The notes below the pieces were generated by a model that did no database searches, had not been told where the DNA came from, and was given only the letters and a program-made list of their open reading frames with translations. A DNA stretch of 63,284 nt, filler included, from Octopus bimaculoides (Eukaryota), in NCBI RefSeq assembly GCF_001194135.2. It is 3 parts of 3 records of this genome, joined end to end, with 100 filler letters (N's around TTAATTAATTAA, not from the genome) between each part and the next. Parts side by side here need not be neighbours in the genome. Positions count along the whole stretch, not along the records: positions 31,716 to 61,291 come from NC_068989.1; positions 61,392 to 63,284 come from NC_068985.1; 1 more part is not named here. One strand, given 5' to 3'. The stretch's first letter is position 1; the number at the start of each line of letters is the position of its first letter. Shown here piece by piece: positions 50,656 through 63,284 of this stretch. The position numbers and the translations under genes are program-made.

Positions 50656-51374
50656 AGTCTTGTACAGTCGAATAAATCAACACCAGTATGTATTACGAGA
50701 GACAAATGTGGAATCCGATTTGTATTCAGAAAGGACTTCACCAAAAACTGCAGCTAATGCTACCACAGTTACGGCCATTATCATCAGCACACTGTCGATT
50801 CCGTCTTTCGCCGCTTTTGATGATATTGTACGTCAATCAAATTGAATGCAGTACTTGTCTGGTACCCTTTTATAAGTTCCGAAAGTATAAAAAGCAAACT
50901 AGGGCCCGGCAGGATTTGAAATTTGAATTTAGTTGACATTTCTAAATTTAAAAAAGTCATCACTGTGTAGTAAGAAGCTAATTTAGTAAATTGGTAAAAA
51001 TTTCCCAGCTCTTTACCGAGATTTTTTTTTTTTTTTTTTGGAAAGCAAACTAAATACGTGTCCCGGTTTATCGGAATTCATACTTATGCAAGCTTTCGAC
51101 CCAAGTCCCAAATATGGAGATAACTTCCTCTTTTCCTGAAACCCGTCTCAGAAGCCCTTAAAAGTAATTTCATTAGGGCTGTCCTTCTCTACTTCACTAA
51201 GCAGTAAAAAATATAAAGCAAGATAAAACAAAGTAAAATATCGCGTCTTTCCGCGCATAGCTATCATGCGCCATTTTAAATTTCTGAAATGAAGACGATT
51301 TATCGAAATTCCTTGAATATGTCATCGTCGTCATCCTCATCATCATCACTACCGTCGTAGTCGTCGTCATCATT

Positions 51375-52070
51375 AGGTCAGTGAATCTGCAGAATCCTTA
51401 GAGTGACGGACAAAATAATTAGCGACATTTATTTTAGTTCATTACCTTCTGAGTTCAAATTCGGCCGAGATAGAATGTCTTTTATCTTTCGGGGTCGATA
51501 AAATAAGCACCACTCAAGTACTTGGGTCCATGTAATTGACTTTCAGCCTCCCCTCAAAATCGTTCACCTTGAACTCAGTAAGAGTTATTATCATCATCGC
51601 CATTCGAGTGGCAAGCTAGTAGGATCGCTCGAGATCAGACAAAATGACTTGAAATATTTCTTCCGGCTCTTTGCAATCTGACTTCAAAGAGCTGAATTTT
51701 TTGAAGTCGATAAAACAAGCACCATTCTGAGTATTGCTGACGATGTAATTGGTTAACATCCTACCACTAAAACTACTGACCTTGTGCGAAAATTCGAAAC
51801 AATTTTTCAGCTTTTAATATCATTAAGTCCACGAAATGGCAGAATCGTTAGCGGATCGGACAAAATGTTCGGCTGCATTTCTCCCGACGTTTTATGTTCT
51901 GAGTTCAAAGTCCGCCGCGGTCAATTTTGCCTTTCATCCGTTTGGGGGTGGGGTCGATAAAATAAAGTTCCAGAGAAGTGCTGGGGTTGATGTAATTAAC
52001 CAGCCTCCTCTCTTCCCCTTCAATAGCTTCTCTTGTACCAAAATTTGAAACAAGTATTATTATTCGAGAT
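51375..52070 (+). mobile_element. three tandem family A SINEs
   Basis: Copies at ~51375-51590, 51605-51810 and 51830-52070, co-oriented and separated by short ATT/ATC tracts. Confidence 0.75.
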
Positions 52071-52319
52071 AATAAACACATTTTCACTTTTTTTTTTCCT
52101 TTGAAACTTTTTTGGAAGAGGTTTGTTCCTCATTTTTCGTAACTCATTAAATTAAAGATAACCTGGATGTCACACTAACACTCTCTCTCTCTCTCTCTCT
52201 CTCTTTCTTTCTCTTTCCATCTTTGTATTTCTCACTCTCTTTCTACCATTCTCTCACTCTCTCTCTCACATACACACACACACACTCATCCATACACACA
52301 AACATTCACATTCAGACAT

Positions 52320-52630
52320 ATTGGCACCCCATTGCTTTCGACGACGAGGGTTCCAGTTGATCTGATCAACGGAACAGCCAGCTCATGAAATTAACGTGCA
52401 AGTGGCTGTACACTCCACAGACATGCGTACCCTTAACGTACTTTTCATTGAGATTCAACGTAACAAGGCTGGCCCTTTGAAAAACAGGTACTACTAATTT
52501 TTTCCAGCTGAGTGAACTGTAGCAACGTGAAATAAATCGTCTTCAAGGACACAACGCGCCCTCGGGAATCGAACTCGCAATCTTACAATCGTTAGCCGAT
52601 TACCCTAACCACTAAATCACGCGCCTTCAC
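52320..52630 (-). mobile_element. tRNA-derived SINE, family C (central tgtgtccttg...ctccagtccactcagctg-like domain)
   Basis: The tRNA-like head at 52560-52628 is shared with 6725-6820; the central domain is shared with 54700-54790, 49430-49480 and 57020-57075. Confidence 0.75.
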
Positions 52631-53065
52631 TACATCCACATGTGTTCCCCAATGCATACAAATCCAGCTACACAAATCTCCACTCTTTCTATTTAATCAT
52701 TCGGCATCGAACGATAAAAGTGAGATTACGAAGTTAGAGACATGCTAGAAAAAGCAACCTTGATTTTCAAATCACAACTAATATTCCTTTTAAAAGAAGC
52801 GACCGACGTATTGGATAATTTACTTCTCAGTACCCCTAATAAACCCCATGGGCACTACTGTTCAGAGATCTGCTAAATCAAGATTGACAGGCAGATAAAC
52901 AACTTCCTCGGGCTTTTGTACTCTACGCATCATTTCAGTTTCACAATTCACTTGATATTATTCTCCTTATCCCTCTTATCCTTCTTTCTCCCTTTCTCTG
53001 TCGTTCTCTATCTCTCTTTCTCTCTTTCACTCACGTTCTCTAGCTCTTTCTCCCCTTACTCCCCC

Positions 53066-53105
<40 letters not shown>

Positions 53106-53224
53106 AGTTGTTTTCAGCGTACTCAATTCACCTAAGTTTTACATTTTTTTAAAGATTATTTATTACTATTATGTTACATGCATGCACACAGTCACACAAA
53201 CATTCACACACACACACACGCGCG

Positions 53225-53268
<44 letters not shown>

Positions 53269-53729
53269 CAACCTCTACATACAAACATACGTACATTAGC
53301 ATATGCATACATTCACACATACATGTTTGCACAACACTGCTGCACATGCCTATACATAGTTACTGAAAGTTTTGCACTGTATATTTAAGCTCTCAGAATT
53401 AAATTAATGGTAGTGGGGAACTCATGTAGTACTCGACATGCAGGCTATAGCAGCTAAATCCTATCTTGAATCACAGTCTACACACACATATATACATTCA
53501 CGAGTATGTATATATATACACATATACAGTAAGAAGAGGGACATAATATCAAGGCAGATACTAAATTTCTCTGAGAAAAGTGCCAAGGTTGGTTCCTTCT
53601 GATGGTGCGTTTTTTGGTAAACTTCTTTTAGCTCCCATCCGATATTACAGTTTATTTCTTGGCCACTTAGAGTGTAAAGTACAATATTGATAATAAGGAG
53701 AATGAAAATTTTGAACATTCAAACTTTAT

Positions 53730-53785
<56 letters not shown>

Positions 53786-53857
53786 ATATATGTATATATA
53801 TGTATGTATAAATGAGTAAATATTCAAATGAATATTCACATAATAATTATTAATAAT

Positions 53858-54387
53858 GAATGAGAGAGTTATGCATGCCATCAAAGTGACACTGGGTATA
53901 ATTATATGAAGTCCAATATGCTCATTATGTTCTACCCGTCTGATTAGGGCACACCAGGCACATGCATCACAACCACATGTGCGCAACATAGTGATCTTAT
54001 ATCAAGTTAAATAGCGCATGATCTTGCAGGTAGGGGCCCAGTTAGAATTTACTGCAGGTTGAGTATCCCAACCCGCTCAAAATGTCTCTGAATAAGGTTT
54101 GTTTAAGGATGATGAACGAAACACCCATGTTTCCAGAGGTGAATTATTCAAACCTCAAAGAATTCTTCTCAACACATGCTTCTGCTCGTGATCAGAGATG
54201 CACATATCGTCAGCCTCCAAAGGACATGCTCAACTTGTTAAGGTCAAACAACTGACAAGCAAATCTGTAGTATTGAGCAGAATATTTACTGTACCCCATC
54301 TTTTACGCCAAGACAAAACGATGTACATCATAACACTTCCAATCAGTTAAGATCAGAAGCCATGAGAGCCACTGCTTAGCATTGCAT
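53858..54387 (-). mobile_element. ~530-bp non-coding retroposon-like repeat, 5' end abutting an (AAT)n tract (family also at 61392-61492)
   Basis: The 3' ~100 bp is homologous to 61392-61492, which ends in ctctctcactc(aat)n; the 5' junction abuts the long tract at 54388-54478. Confidence 0.6.
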
Positions 54388-54397
54388 ATTATTATTA

Positions 54398-54464
<67 letters not shown>

Positions 54465-54639
54465 CATTATTATTATTAGCAGTAAATATAAATAATTGGT
54501 AATGATAACAATAATAATATTAGTGGCCAGCAAGTAATAACAGCGTTAAATTGTTATACAATAAAAATTATGATTATAATTATAATTATAATTTCTGTTG
54601 TATAGCAATTTAACGCCTAGTACTTATTCTATCGTTCTC

Positions 54640-54865
54640 TTTTGCCGAACATATATATGGGATGTTGGAATTATGATCGTAATATTGTGGTTTCTATTCC
54701 TGAACCGAGCAACGTGTTGTGTCCTTGGGCAAAACACTTGGTATCACATAGTTCCAGTCCATTCCACTGGCAAAAATGAGTGATCCTGCGACATACAGGC
54801 ATCCCTTCGAGGGAGGAATACATACGCCGCAGAGAGCGATAAATCGGCCTTATGAATCTATATGA
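54640..54865 (+). mobile_element. tRNA-derived SINE, family C, diverged
   Basis: gtgttgtgtccttgggcaaaacactt...tccagtccattc.actggcaaaaatgagt. Confidence 0.6.
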
Positions 54866-56043
54866 CTTTATCCTGTATATAAATATATATCATTCAAAAA
54901 ACGCAGGCTTCAAATGTGAGCTACGGGAAGCTTCATGTCAACGCAATTATTGGACGATGCTGCCAAAGTCTGATATATACTATCGCACAATCTTTCACGC
55001 TGTTTTATGTGTGTGTGTGTGGGGGGGTCTGTGTCTGTGTGTCTGTATGTGAATGTGTGCGTGTGAATGCGTGCGTGTGTGTATGTGTGTGTATGCATAA
55101 ATCTATGTATGCATATATATATANNNNNNNNNNNNNNNNNNNNNNNNNNNNNNNNNNNNNNNNNNNNNNNNNNNNNNNNNNNNNNNNNNNNNNNNNNNNN
55201 NNNNNNNNNNNNNNNNNNNNNNNNNNNNNNNNNNNNNNNNNNNNNNNNNNNNNNNNNNNNNNNNNNNNNNNNNNNNNNNNNNNNNNNNNNNNNNNNNNNN
55301 NNNNNNNNNNNNNNNNNNNNNNNNNNNNNNNNNNNNNNNNNNNNNNNNNNNNNNNNNNNNNNNNNNNNNNNNNNNNNNNNNNNNNNNNNNNNNNNNNNNN
55401 NNNNNNNNNNNNNNNNNNNNNNNNNNNNNNNNNNNNNNNNNNNNNNNNNNNNNNNNNNNNNNNNNNNNNNNNNNNNNNNNNNNNNNNNNNNNNNNNNNNN
55501 NNNNNNNNNNNNNNNNNNNNNNNNNNNNNNNNNNNNNNNNNNNNNNNNNNNNNNNNNNNNNNNNNNNNNNNNNNNNNNNNNNNNNNNNNNNNNNTATATA
55601 TATATATATATATTTATGTAAGTATCTATGCATCTATGTTACATAAGTTTGTTCAACGCTAACAATGTATTAGCATTTGTACGTACAGGTATGGGTAAGA
55701 CTTCTTTTTGTGAAAGAAATCTGCCCTCTTTTAAATCATGTCCAAGAGGAAGACGGCTGCTTCAAGTAGATACTGCAGGGGTCGTTATCAGAATGTAAAC
55801 GGTGTAAACAGATATCGCGAGGCACCTCGCTCAGTGGTCTAACAGTTTTACCAATCCAACACCGTGGGTTGGAAATGTTTTATGGACTCTGAAAAGATGA
55901 AAGGTAAATTCGATCTCGGTGGAGAGCTCAGTAAAACACCAAAAAATAACCCAAAGCGCAACATCTCCAGTCCAACATTGTATATATGTATGTGTGTGTA
56001 TGCGTGTGTGTGTGTATGTGTATATATATATATATGTATGTAT

Positions 56044-56110
<67 letters not shown>

Positions 56111-56246
56111 CGCACACAGAGAGAAAGAGAGAGCCAGCTAGATAAATAGATAGACATATAATATATAGAAACATATGTCTATATATATGTACATATACGC
56201 CCAACTTTTCATACATGTATATGTATATATATATCCATAGACACAT

Positions 56247-56295
<49 letters not shown>

Positions 56296-57096
56296 TATTT
56301 ACATAAACACACACATATGTATAGTAATACACAATACCTATATATTTATATTCATACACCCGCGCACACGCGCGCGTGTGTGTGTCTGCATCTGTACGCG
56401 TCTGTTTGTGTCTGTGTGTGCATAAAACAAACTTATATATTACAGTAAGAGGAAACCACCCGGTTGGATAGATTTCCTCTAGAAATATTAATCATAACAG
56501 TTTGACGTAACATGCAGCAGTTGATGAAACATTTATTTTTCTCCCCAGTTAATACAATCCTATGGAATATGTCGCTGATTTCTAATATGGAAACAAATTA
56601 TTTAATAATTATTCAGATTTATGTTAATAGCAAGTTCAGATTTACTAGTTTAATGGGATTTTTTTCACATTATAGTGATTCAGTGTTATTTGTCATGTAA
56701 TCCATAAAGATATATTACACGTATTTTATTTCTCTTAACCGTCTATTGATCTGTCTAGCATGCTATAGCGAGCTGTTCTATCTTTTCTCTCGATTTATGT
56801 ATTAGCTAAGCTATCGGCCTGCTTGTCTATTAATCTTCGAGCCCATATATTAGTCGTCTTTGCTTTTATGCGTTTGTCTTTATACATAAATACATACACA
56901 CATACTTGCATGCATACAAACATGCATACATACGTCCCTGAGCTTATGGTCCCGGTTACATGGTTTCCATAGGGAAAGAGTAACCAAGAGAAAAACAACC
57001 CTGTTGAACAGAACACCAGTCCGTCGAAAGTTTCTTTATTTGCACCTGAGAGGACTGGAGCGACAAGAAGTACACCCTAATTACTCGCCATGCACC

Positions 57097-57140
<44 letters not shown>

Positions 57141-57191
57141 GAATTAAGTTGCCAGTGACTATGTGGAAGCCTGTCCACATATACGTATACA

Positions 57192-58467
57192 TTGGGTCAT
57201 CCTGTAAATAATGCGCTTTTTTTTATACTTCCTTTATTTTTCAAAATTAAGTTAAGGTTCTTTTTTAATTAAAAATATGCTCTGCTTCATTTTCTACAAT
57301 GCAATTCCATCTATCTGCCAAACTTGCAAGGCCCCTCTTCCAAAATTCACTTGTCTGTGACGAAAAATACTCTTCCAGTACCGTTCTGACCTCGTCTACA
57401 GAATTCATATCTTTTCCATCGAAATGATTTGAAGACTGCGGAATAAATGATAATCAAATGGGGCCATGTCCAGCGAATATGGAGGGTGGGGCATCGTTTC
57501 CCATTCAAACTGCTTCAGCCTTTGGAATGTGATCCTTGCTGTATGTGGCCGAGCAATATCCTCATGGAAGAACACGTTTCGTCTTGAAACCAAAGATGGT
57601 CGTTTTTCTTCTAGCACTGACTTAAGCTGCTCAAGCTGCTCGCAGTAGATCTCCTTTGTTACCGTTTGGTTTGGGTTCAAAAGTTCAAAGTAGACTAAAC
57701 CTTTCATATCTCACCAAACATATAACAACACCTTACGGGGGTGAAGACCTTCTTTAGCCTGGGGTGCCAGTGGTTTTCCTTTCCCCACTCACTGTCTTCG
57801 GCGCTTGACATTTTTATAGAGAACCAGTCACAATTTGGTCAAACAATGGTTCATTCGTGAGACGTAACAGCAAAGAAGAGCACACATTCACTCTCTGCAC
57901 ATGGATAGACTCGGGAAGTTTGTGAGGAACCCATTGAGACAATTTGCTGACTTTTCGGATGGCACACGGGTGTCTATGAATGGTGGAATAACCAAATCCG
58001 AACTTCTCTGCCAGTTCCTCAACAATTATGATGGGATTTTGTTCCACCAGAGTTTGCAGGACGTCCTCGTCGAGCTCTACAGAACTTTCAGGATGAGGTT
58101 CGTCTTCTAAGCAGTACCTTCCAGCTTCCAATTCCTGGAACCACCGTTGACACTAACTTACGCTTATTGTCCGATTCCCGTATACTGCATTAATATTCCT
58201 CGCACTTTACGTTGCCTTGTTGCTTTGTTGCTTTTATTGAACTCATATAGCACAATATGCCGAATATCCTCCTTTGTCACTTCAATTATTGCATGGAAAA
58301 AAATAACTGTTAAAATTGAAATGCATTCTTCGAACCTTGCACTAGGAATAAATAACAAGGTAAAATTACTACTTGCTTTTATAGCAAGTTGGTGCAGGTA
58401 GTTTATCCCGTCTCCATCTGACTTTTAGTTCATGTAATTGAAAAAAACACATTATGTAAGGGATGAC

Positions 58468-58470
<3 letters not shown>
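57192..58470 (-). mobile_element. near full-length (~1.28 kb) DD34D mariner, transposase inactivated
   Basis: TIRs gggtcatcctgtaaataatgcgctttt (57194) and aaaaaaacacattatgtaagggatgacac (58441-58469). Peptides EVTKEDIRHIVLYEFNK, WVPHKL, IVTG, and ED-IARPH...YSLDMAPF-D with 34 residues between the last two Asp. Frameshifts, and the first catalytic D is lost. Confidence 0.95.
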
Positions 58471-58516
<46 letters not shown>

Positions 58517-58534
58517 ATGTGCGTGCGTGCGTAT

Positions 58535-58745
58535 GGGTGAATGTTTCTCCTCACTACCACTGCTTGACAATCGGCGCTGCTTTGTTTGAATCTCTGTAAC
58601 TTTGTGGTTCGGGAAAAATAGACCAAAAAATTAAGTACCAGACATAAAAATACAAGTAATGGAGTCGATTTCTTCAACTACACCCTAGAAATTGTTCCCT
58701 TTCTTGACTGCAGTCCAGTAAATGAAACAAGTAAAAGATAACAAT
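58535..58745 (+). mobile_element. family B SINE 3' half
   Basis: gcttgacaatcgg...gtaactttgtggttcggg...aagtaccag...gtcgatt...actgcagtc...gaaacaagtaaaaga, following a (GT)n tract. Confidence 0.7.
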
Positions 58746-58849
58746 AACATAAAAGATACATACCAAGGTATGTTTGTGTGAGTGTATGTATGAGTGTTTA
58801 TGTGTATTGTAATCAACATCATTAGATACTGTTTTCATTTCCTGTATAA

Positions 58850-59560
58850 CACAAAGCGGTCAATACGAACTCGGAGAGTGTCTCGTACAGTGAATTGAAT
58901 ATATATTTAGTAACTGTAGCTACTTCCGGAGCAAAATTTTCCAGCAGTATCTTGATTTCCTCATTTATTTTACGTATGATTTATCTATGTTGACTTTTGG
59001 CTTGTATTTTACTGTTAGTAAAGATGATATAGTTATTTTTTCTTCTTTTTTTGTGGCATTCTACGAAAAACTCTGTAGCACTGTCAAAGAATGCTTTTCC
59101 AATCTAAGTTTATTTCGTTTCCTGTACTATAATGATGTACGGTAGCTTTTTTGTGAATGCATAGTCAACCAACAAAAAAGTGCCGTACTTGTGCGTCTGA
59201 TATAACAGTTTGAATCATAATGTTTCTGTTTTACATTAGTTGTCTGAGATATAATTTATGGTTTGCCAGTCTGGTTTCATTTTGATGTTATTGTACAATA
59301 TCGCAAGAGCTTCTGGTGGTTGGGTGTCATACATTTGTTCTACTTTATTCTCTTAATTTTATTCTAATGGCGCAGTCATCCATTTTGTAACAAAACTGCC
59401 TCTGGTTCTTGTGGAACACGATATGTGTGGTTTATAAATTGTTTAGTGTGTGCTACATCTGTTGTATCAGTGAGGGTGCATTTTTCTTCTATTATTCTAT
59501 GTAATATTTTATTAATCTGTTAAGGAAACCATTATCGGTTTATAGTTGTTTTATACATAA
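58850..59560 (-). mobile_element. very decayed LINE RT remnant
   Basis: Weak ordered motifs NYKPI, TNVKQ and KYKPKVNIDKS on the minus strand. Confidence 0.3.
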
Positions 59561-59989
59561 GGTTTGCTTATTTAAAGATTCTTTGGTGAAAAAATTTACA
59601 GCTCTTCTAAAAGGAGGGGGATTTAACTACAGATATTTTGAATCTTGGGGGGACACTCACTCTCATCGTGAACATGCAAATATTTATTAGTGTGTCGTGA
59701 TACATTCTGTGGAGCTATATGTATTATTCTTTATTACTACATTTATAGCAAAGAATGGAGTGATGTTTTGATCTGAACTTATTATACGGCTATGCTGGAA
59801 TATAAATGAAAAGATGGAGTTATTTTGAAGACGTCATTTAAGTACTATCAGATTGCAAGATTAGTTGACCAATGAGAATAGAGTAATACACGAACAACTT
59901 CACCCACAATGACATCATAGTTGCAACACACATTTAAAATACAAAAATCACACATACCCCATATTATATGCTTAAAGAATGAACGAAAA

Positions 59990-61160
59990 TGTCTTTAAAT
60001 ACTCATAAGACAGAACACAAAGTGTTTCCCAGAGGTAGTTCTAACTGTACCAGTTCGTTGTGTAATTCTTCTTCTACACAAAGGTACTACACAATAAACT
60101 ATGCATTTGTGACATCACTGAATCCAAATCTCAAATCTTCTTTGAAAACATTCAGCTGTACACTGTTGTACCTAGTTTTTCACCACTATTTTCATCTCGT
60201 CATTGTCATCAGTTCGTTGGCTCCGAAAGTTGCCCTTCATTAGACCGAACGAGTGGAAGTCGGAGTTGAAAAGTAGATGAGATCTGAGCTGTATTATAAG
60301 ATGAAAGACCCCTGATCGATCCAGTTTTTACCTGATTTGTAGCCAAAGATGTGTTTAGTTGCGCATTATCATGGGGAATTTGGTTCATTTTCAGATTGCT
60401 GTTCTGTCTCTTCTTATTGCTGACCTGTCTAAGCGTTTTTGAGTATCTCCATATAATGCTCACTGTTCACAGTATAGCCATATTCCAGGAAATTAAGGTG
60501 AATACGTCTTTGCTATCTTCATCAAGAGAAAATAAGTACTCGGAAAGATTTTCCGTATCGACCGATAGATCTTTAAATTCTTAGGCCTTTCAGAAGAGTT
60601 GAGACGCTATCCCATGGACAGATCCGTGTTCCCGGATCATAAAGATACACCATCGTTTCATACCATAACCGTGTTTTCATTGGCTTGAAATGCTTCTTGC
60701 AGATCAGAGCTGATTTCACTCCTCTCCCCTTCAATTCGAGTGTCAGCTACAGAGGTACTAACTTTGCACACGCTTTCCAAAATCCAAATCGTTCCAGCAT
60801 CTTCTGTAATGCATCGGAATCACAGCCTAGATGTTCAACAAGTTCAAGTTTGTGATTCAGATAACCGTACAAATCAATTCTTCCACTCGCAGGCGATTAG
60901 TGTCGATGGTCACTGTTGATAGCCTCCGACTGTGTGGTTTGTCTATAATGTTGGTTTCCTCTTCTTTAAAATTCAGCCTTCTGCTCACATTGCTCTGCAA
61001 AAAACTTGTAACCTTTTATAGATGTCACACATCTTGCATCCTCAATTTCGTCAACAGTTCAAAGGACGATATTTGGCGACAGCTTGGAACCATTTACCAT
61101 CCTGAAATGAAGAAGAAATGAAGGAATATTACAGAGGAAGAGTTGCCTTAACCAACTCGT
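59990..61160 (-). mobile_element. second, unrelated decayed mariner transposase
   Basis: DIYKRLQ, CAKLVP, YETMVYLYDPG, HLNFLEYGYTVNSEHYMEILK, HDNAQLNTSLAT, YSSDL, SDFHSFGLMK; many frameshifts. Confidence 0.85.
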
Positions 61161-61226
<66 letters not shown>

Positions 61227-61391
61227 GTATACGTGTATATATACATACATATATATACATACATAAATACATATATATATATATATATATANNNNNNNNN
61301 NNNNNNNNNNNNNNNNNNNNNNNNNNNNNNNNNNNTTAATTAATTAANNNNNNNNNNNNNNNNNNNNNNNNNNNNNNNNNNNNNNNNNNNN

Positions 61392-61489
61392 TGGTGTACC
61401 CTTATCAGACGGGTAGTCATGATGGGTATAATGGGCTTCGTATATTTTACCCCACTGTCACTTTGGTGGCATGCACTGCTCTCTCACTC

Positions 61490-61492
<3 letters not shown>
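61392..61492 (+). mobile_element. 3' end of the 53858-54387 family with (AAT)n tail
   Basis: Homologous to the reverse complement of 53860-53950. Confidence 0.7.
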
Positions 61493-61520
<28 letters not shown>

Positions 61521-61523
<3 letters not shown>

Positions 61524-62167
61524 GTTTCAAATTTTGTCACAAAAGCAACCATTTTGGGGGAGGGATGAGTTGATAATATCGACCCCAGTGTTTCATTAGT
61601 ACTTAATTTATCGATCTCGAAAGGATGAAAGGCAAAGTTGACCTCGGTGGAATTTGAACTCAGAGTGTACAGGCAGATGAAAAGCCGCTAAACATTTCGC
61701 CCGGCGTGCTAACGATTTTGCTATCTCGCCGCCTTATTAATAGTAACGATAATAATAATTCTTTTCTACTCTTGACACAAGGCCCGACATTTTGGGGGTG
61801 GGGGCCAGTCGATTAGATCGATCCCAGCACGCAACTGAAAGGATGAAAGACAAAGTCGAGCTCGGCGGAATTTGAACTCAGAACGTAGACAGAAGAAATA
61901 CCGCTAAGCATTTCACTCGGCGTGCTAACGTTTCTTATTTCTTTATTGCCCACAAGGGGCTAAACATAGAGGGGACAAACAAGGACAGACAAAGGGATTA
62001 AATCGATTAGATCGACCTCAGTACGTAACTGGTACTTAATTTATCGACCCCGAAAGGATGAAAGCAAAGTCGACCTCGGCGGAATTTGAGCTCAGAACGT
62101 AACGGCAGACGAAATACCGCTAAGCATCTCGCCCGGCGTGCTACCGTTTTTGTCAGCTTGCCGCCTC

Positions 62168-62210
<43 letters not shown>

Positions 62211-62436
62211 GTAATAATAATAATAATGGTCTCAAATTTTGGCACTAGGCCAGCAATTTTGGGGGAAGGGTTAAGTTGATTACATCAACTCCAGCGCTCA
62301 TCTGGTACTTATTTTATCGATCTCGAAAGGATGAAAGGCAAAGTCGAGCTCGTCGTAATTTGAGCTCAGAACATAAGAAGGACGAAATGCCGCTAAGCGT
62401 TTTACTGGTGCGCTAACGAATTTGCCAGCTCACCCT
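61521..62436 (-). mobile_element. four tandem family A SINEs, head to tail
   Basis: Copies at ~61521-61735, 61757-61932, 61933-62167 and 62226-62436; three different tail types; (AAT)n linkers on the + strand. Confidence 0.9.
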
Positions 62437-62461
62437 CTTAATAATAATAATGATAATAATG

Positions 62462-62501
<40 letters not shown>

Positions 62502-62599
62502 TAATAATAGTTTTTAACATAATGAAGTAATGAAATAACCAAGACAATGAAGCAAAGACAAAATTGTAAAGATGGAATGATAGAATATGAAATGAAAGG

Positions 62600-62885
62600 A
62601 AAGGAAGAAGAAGAAGAAGAAGAAGAAGAAGAAGAAGAAGACGAGGAAGAAGAAGAAGCAAAAGAAGAAGAAGAAGAAGAAGAAGAAGACGAGGAAGAAG
62701 AAGAAGAAGAAGAAGAAGAAGCAAAAGAAGAAGANNNNNNNNNNAGAAGACGAGGAAGAAGAAGAAGAAGAAGAAGAAGACGAGGAAGAAGAAGAAGAAG
62801 AAGAAGAAGAAGAAGAAGAAGACGAGGAAGAAGAAGAAGAAGAAGAAGAAGAAGAAGAAGAAGAAGAAGAAGAAGAAGAAACGAT
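62600..62885. repeat. (GAA)n microsatellite with periodic GAC-GAG / GCA-AAA variants
   Basis: Read directly from the sequence. Confidence 0.95.
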
Positions 62886-63044
62886 GTGGAGGAGAAGGAG
62901 GAGAAGGAGGGAGGAAGAAAACTGAAGGGGCGTAGAATTGAATGATAACGACGACGTGAACAGGAACGATTGTGCGATGGCAATGATAAGAGTGACGATG
63001 ATGATGGCGACGATAGAAGGGATGATAGGAGAGAAGGGTTTGGA

Positions 63045-63181
63045 AAAGAGAGAGGGAGAGAGAGAGAGAGACAGGGAGAGAGAGAGAGAGAGAGAGACAG
63101 GGAGAGAGAAAGAGAAAGTGTGTGCGTGCGTATAGGCGTGAGTGTATGGAGAAAAGGAAGAGAGAGAGAGAGACAGACAGG

Positions 63182-63234
<53 letters not shown>

Positions 63235-63284
63235 GGAGAGAGAAAGAGAGAGAGAAAGAGAAAGAGAGAGAGAGAGAGACAGAC
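63045..63284. repeat. (GA)n/(GACA)n compound microsatellite
   Basis: Read directly from the sequence. Confidence 0.95.

Noticed and set aside
56930-57075. Exon-like segment with good splice sites on the minus strand
   Set aside because: It overlaps a family C SINE central-domain remnant.

Overview
This is AT-rich animal genomic DNA, dense in microsatellites, with about a tenth of the window being N gaps. The repeat families look like those of an octopod cephalopod; this is inferred from recognising the SINEs, not proven. No intact protein-coding gene is present, and almost every long ORF in the track is a microsatellite or N-gap artefact. The window is mostly decayed mobile elements: many tRNA-derived SINEs (often in co-oriented tandem arrays joined by (ATT)n), CR1/L2-like and RTE-like LINE remnants, four R4/Dong-like restriction-like-endonuclease (RLE) retroelement fragments around (TAA)n tracts, Penelope-like fragments, an internally deleted Helitron, several mariner-family elements and MITEs. 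It also holds a probable F-box/LRR retro-pseudogene and a few candidate minus-strand exons. The most interesting signal is an inverted pair of short elements at 48.4-49.0 kb. Each combines a tRNA-like Pol III head with a degenerate, Penelope-type minimal hammerhead ribozyme tail, suggesting a ribozyme-bearing SINE or retrozyme-like family.
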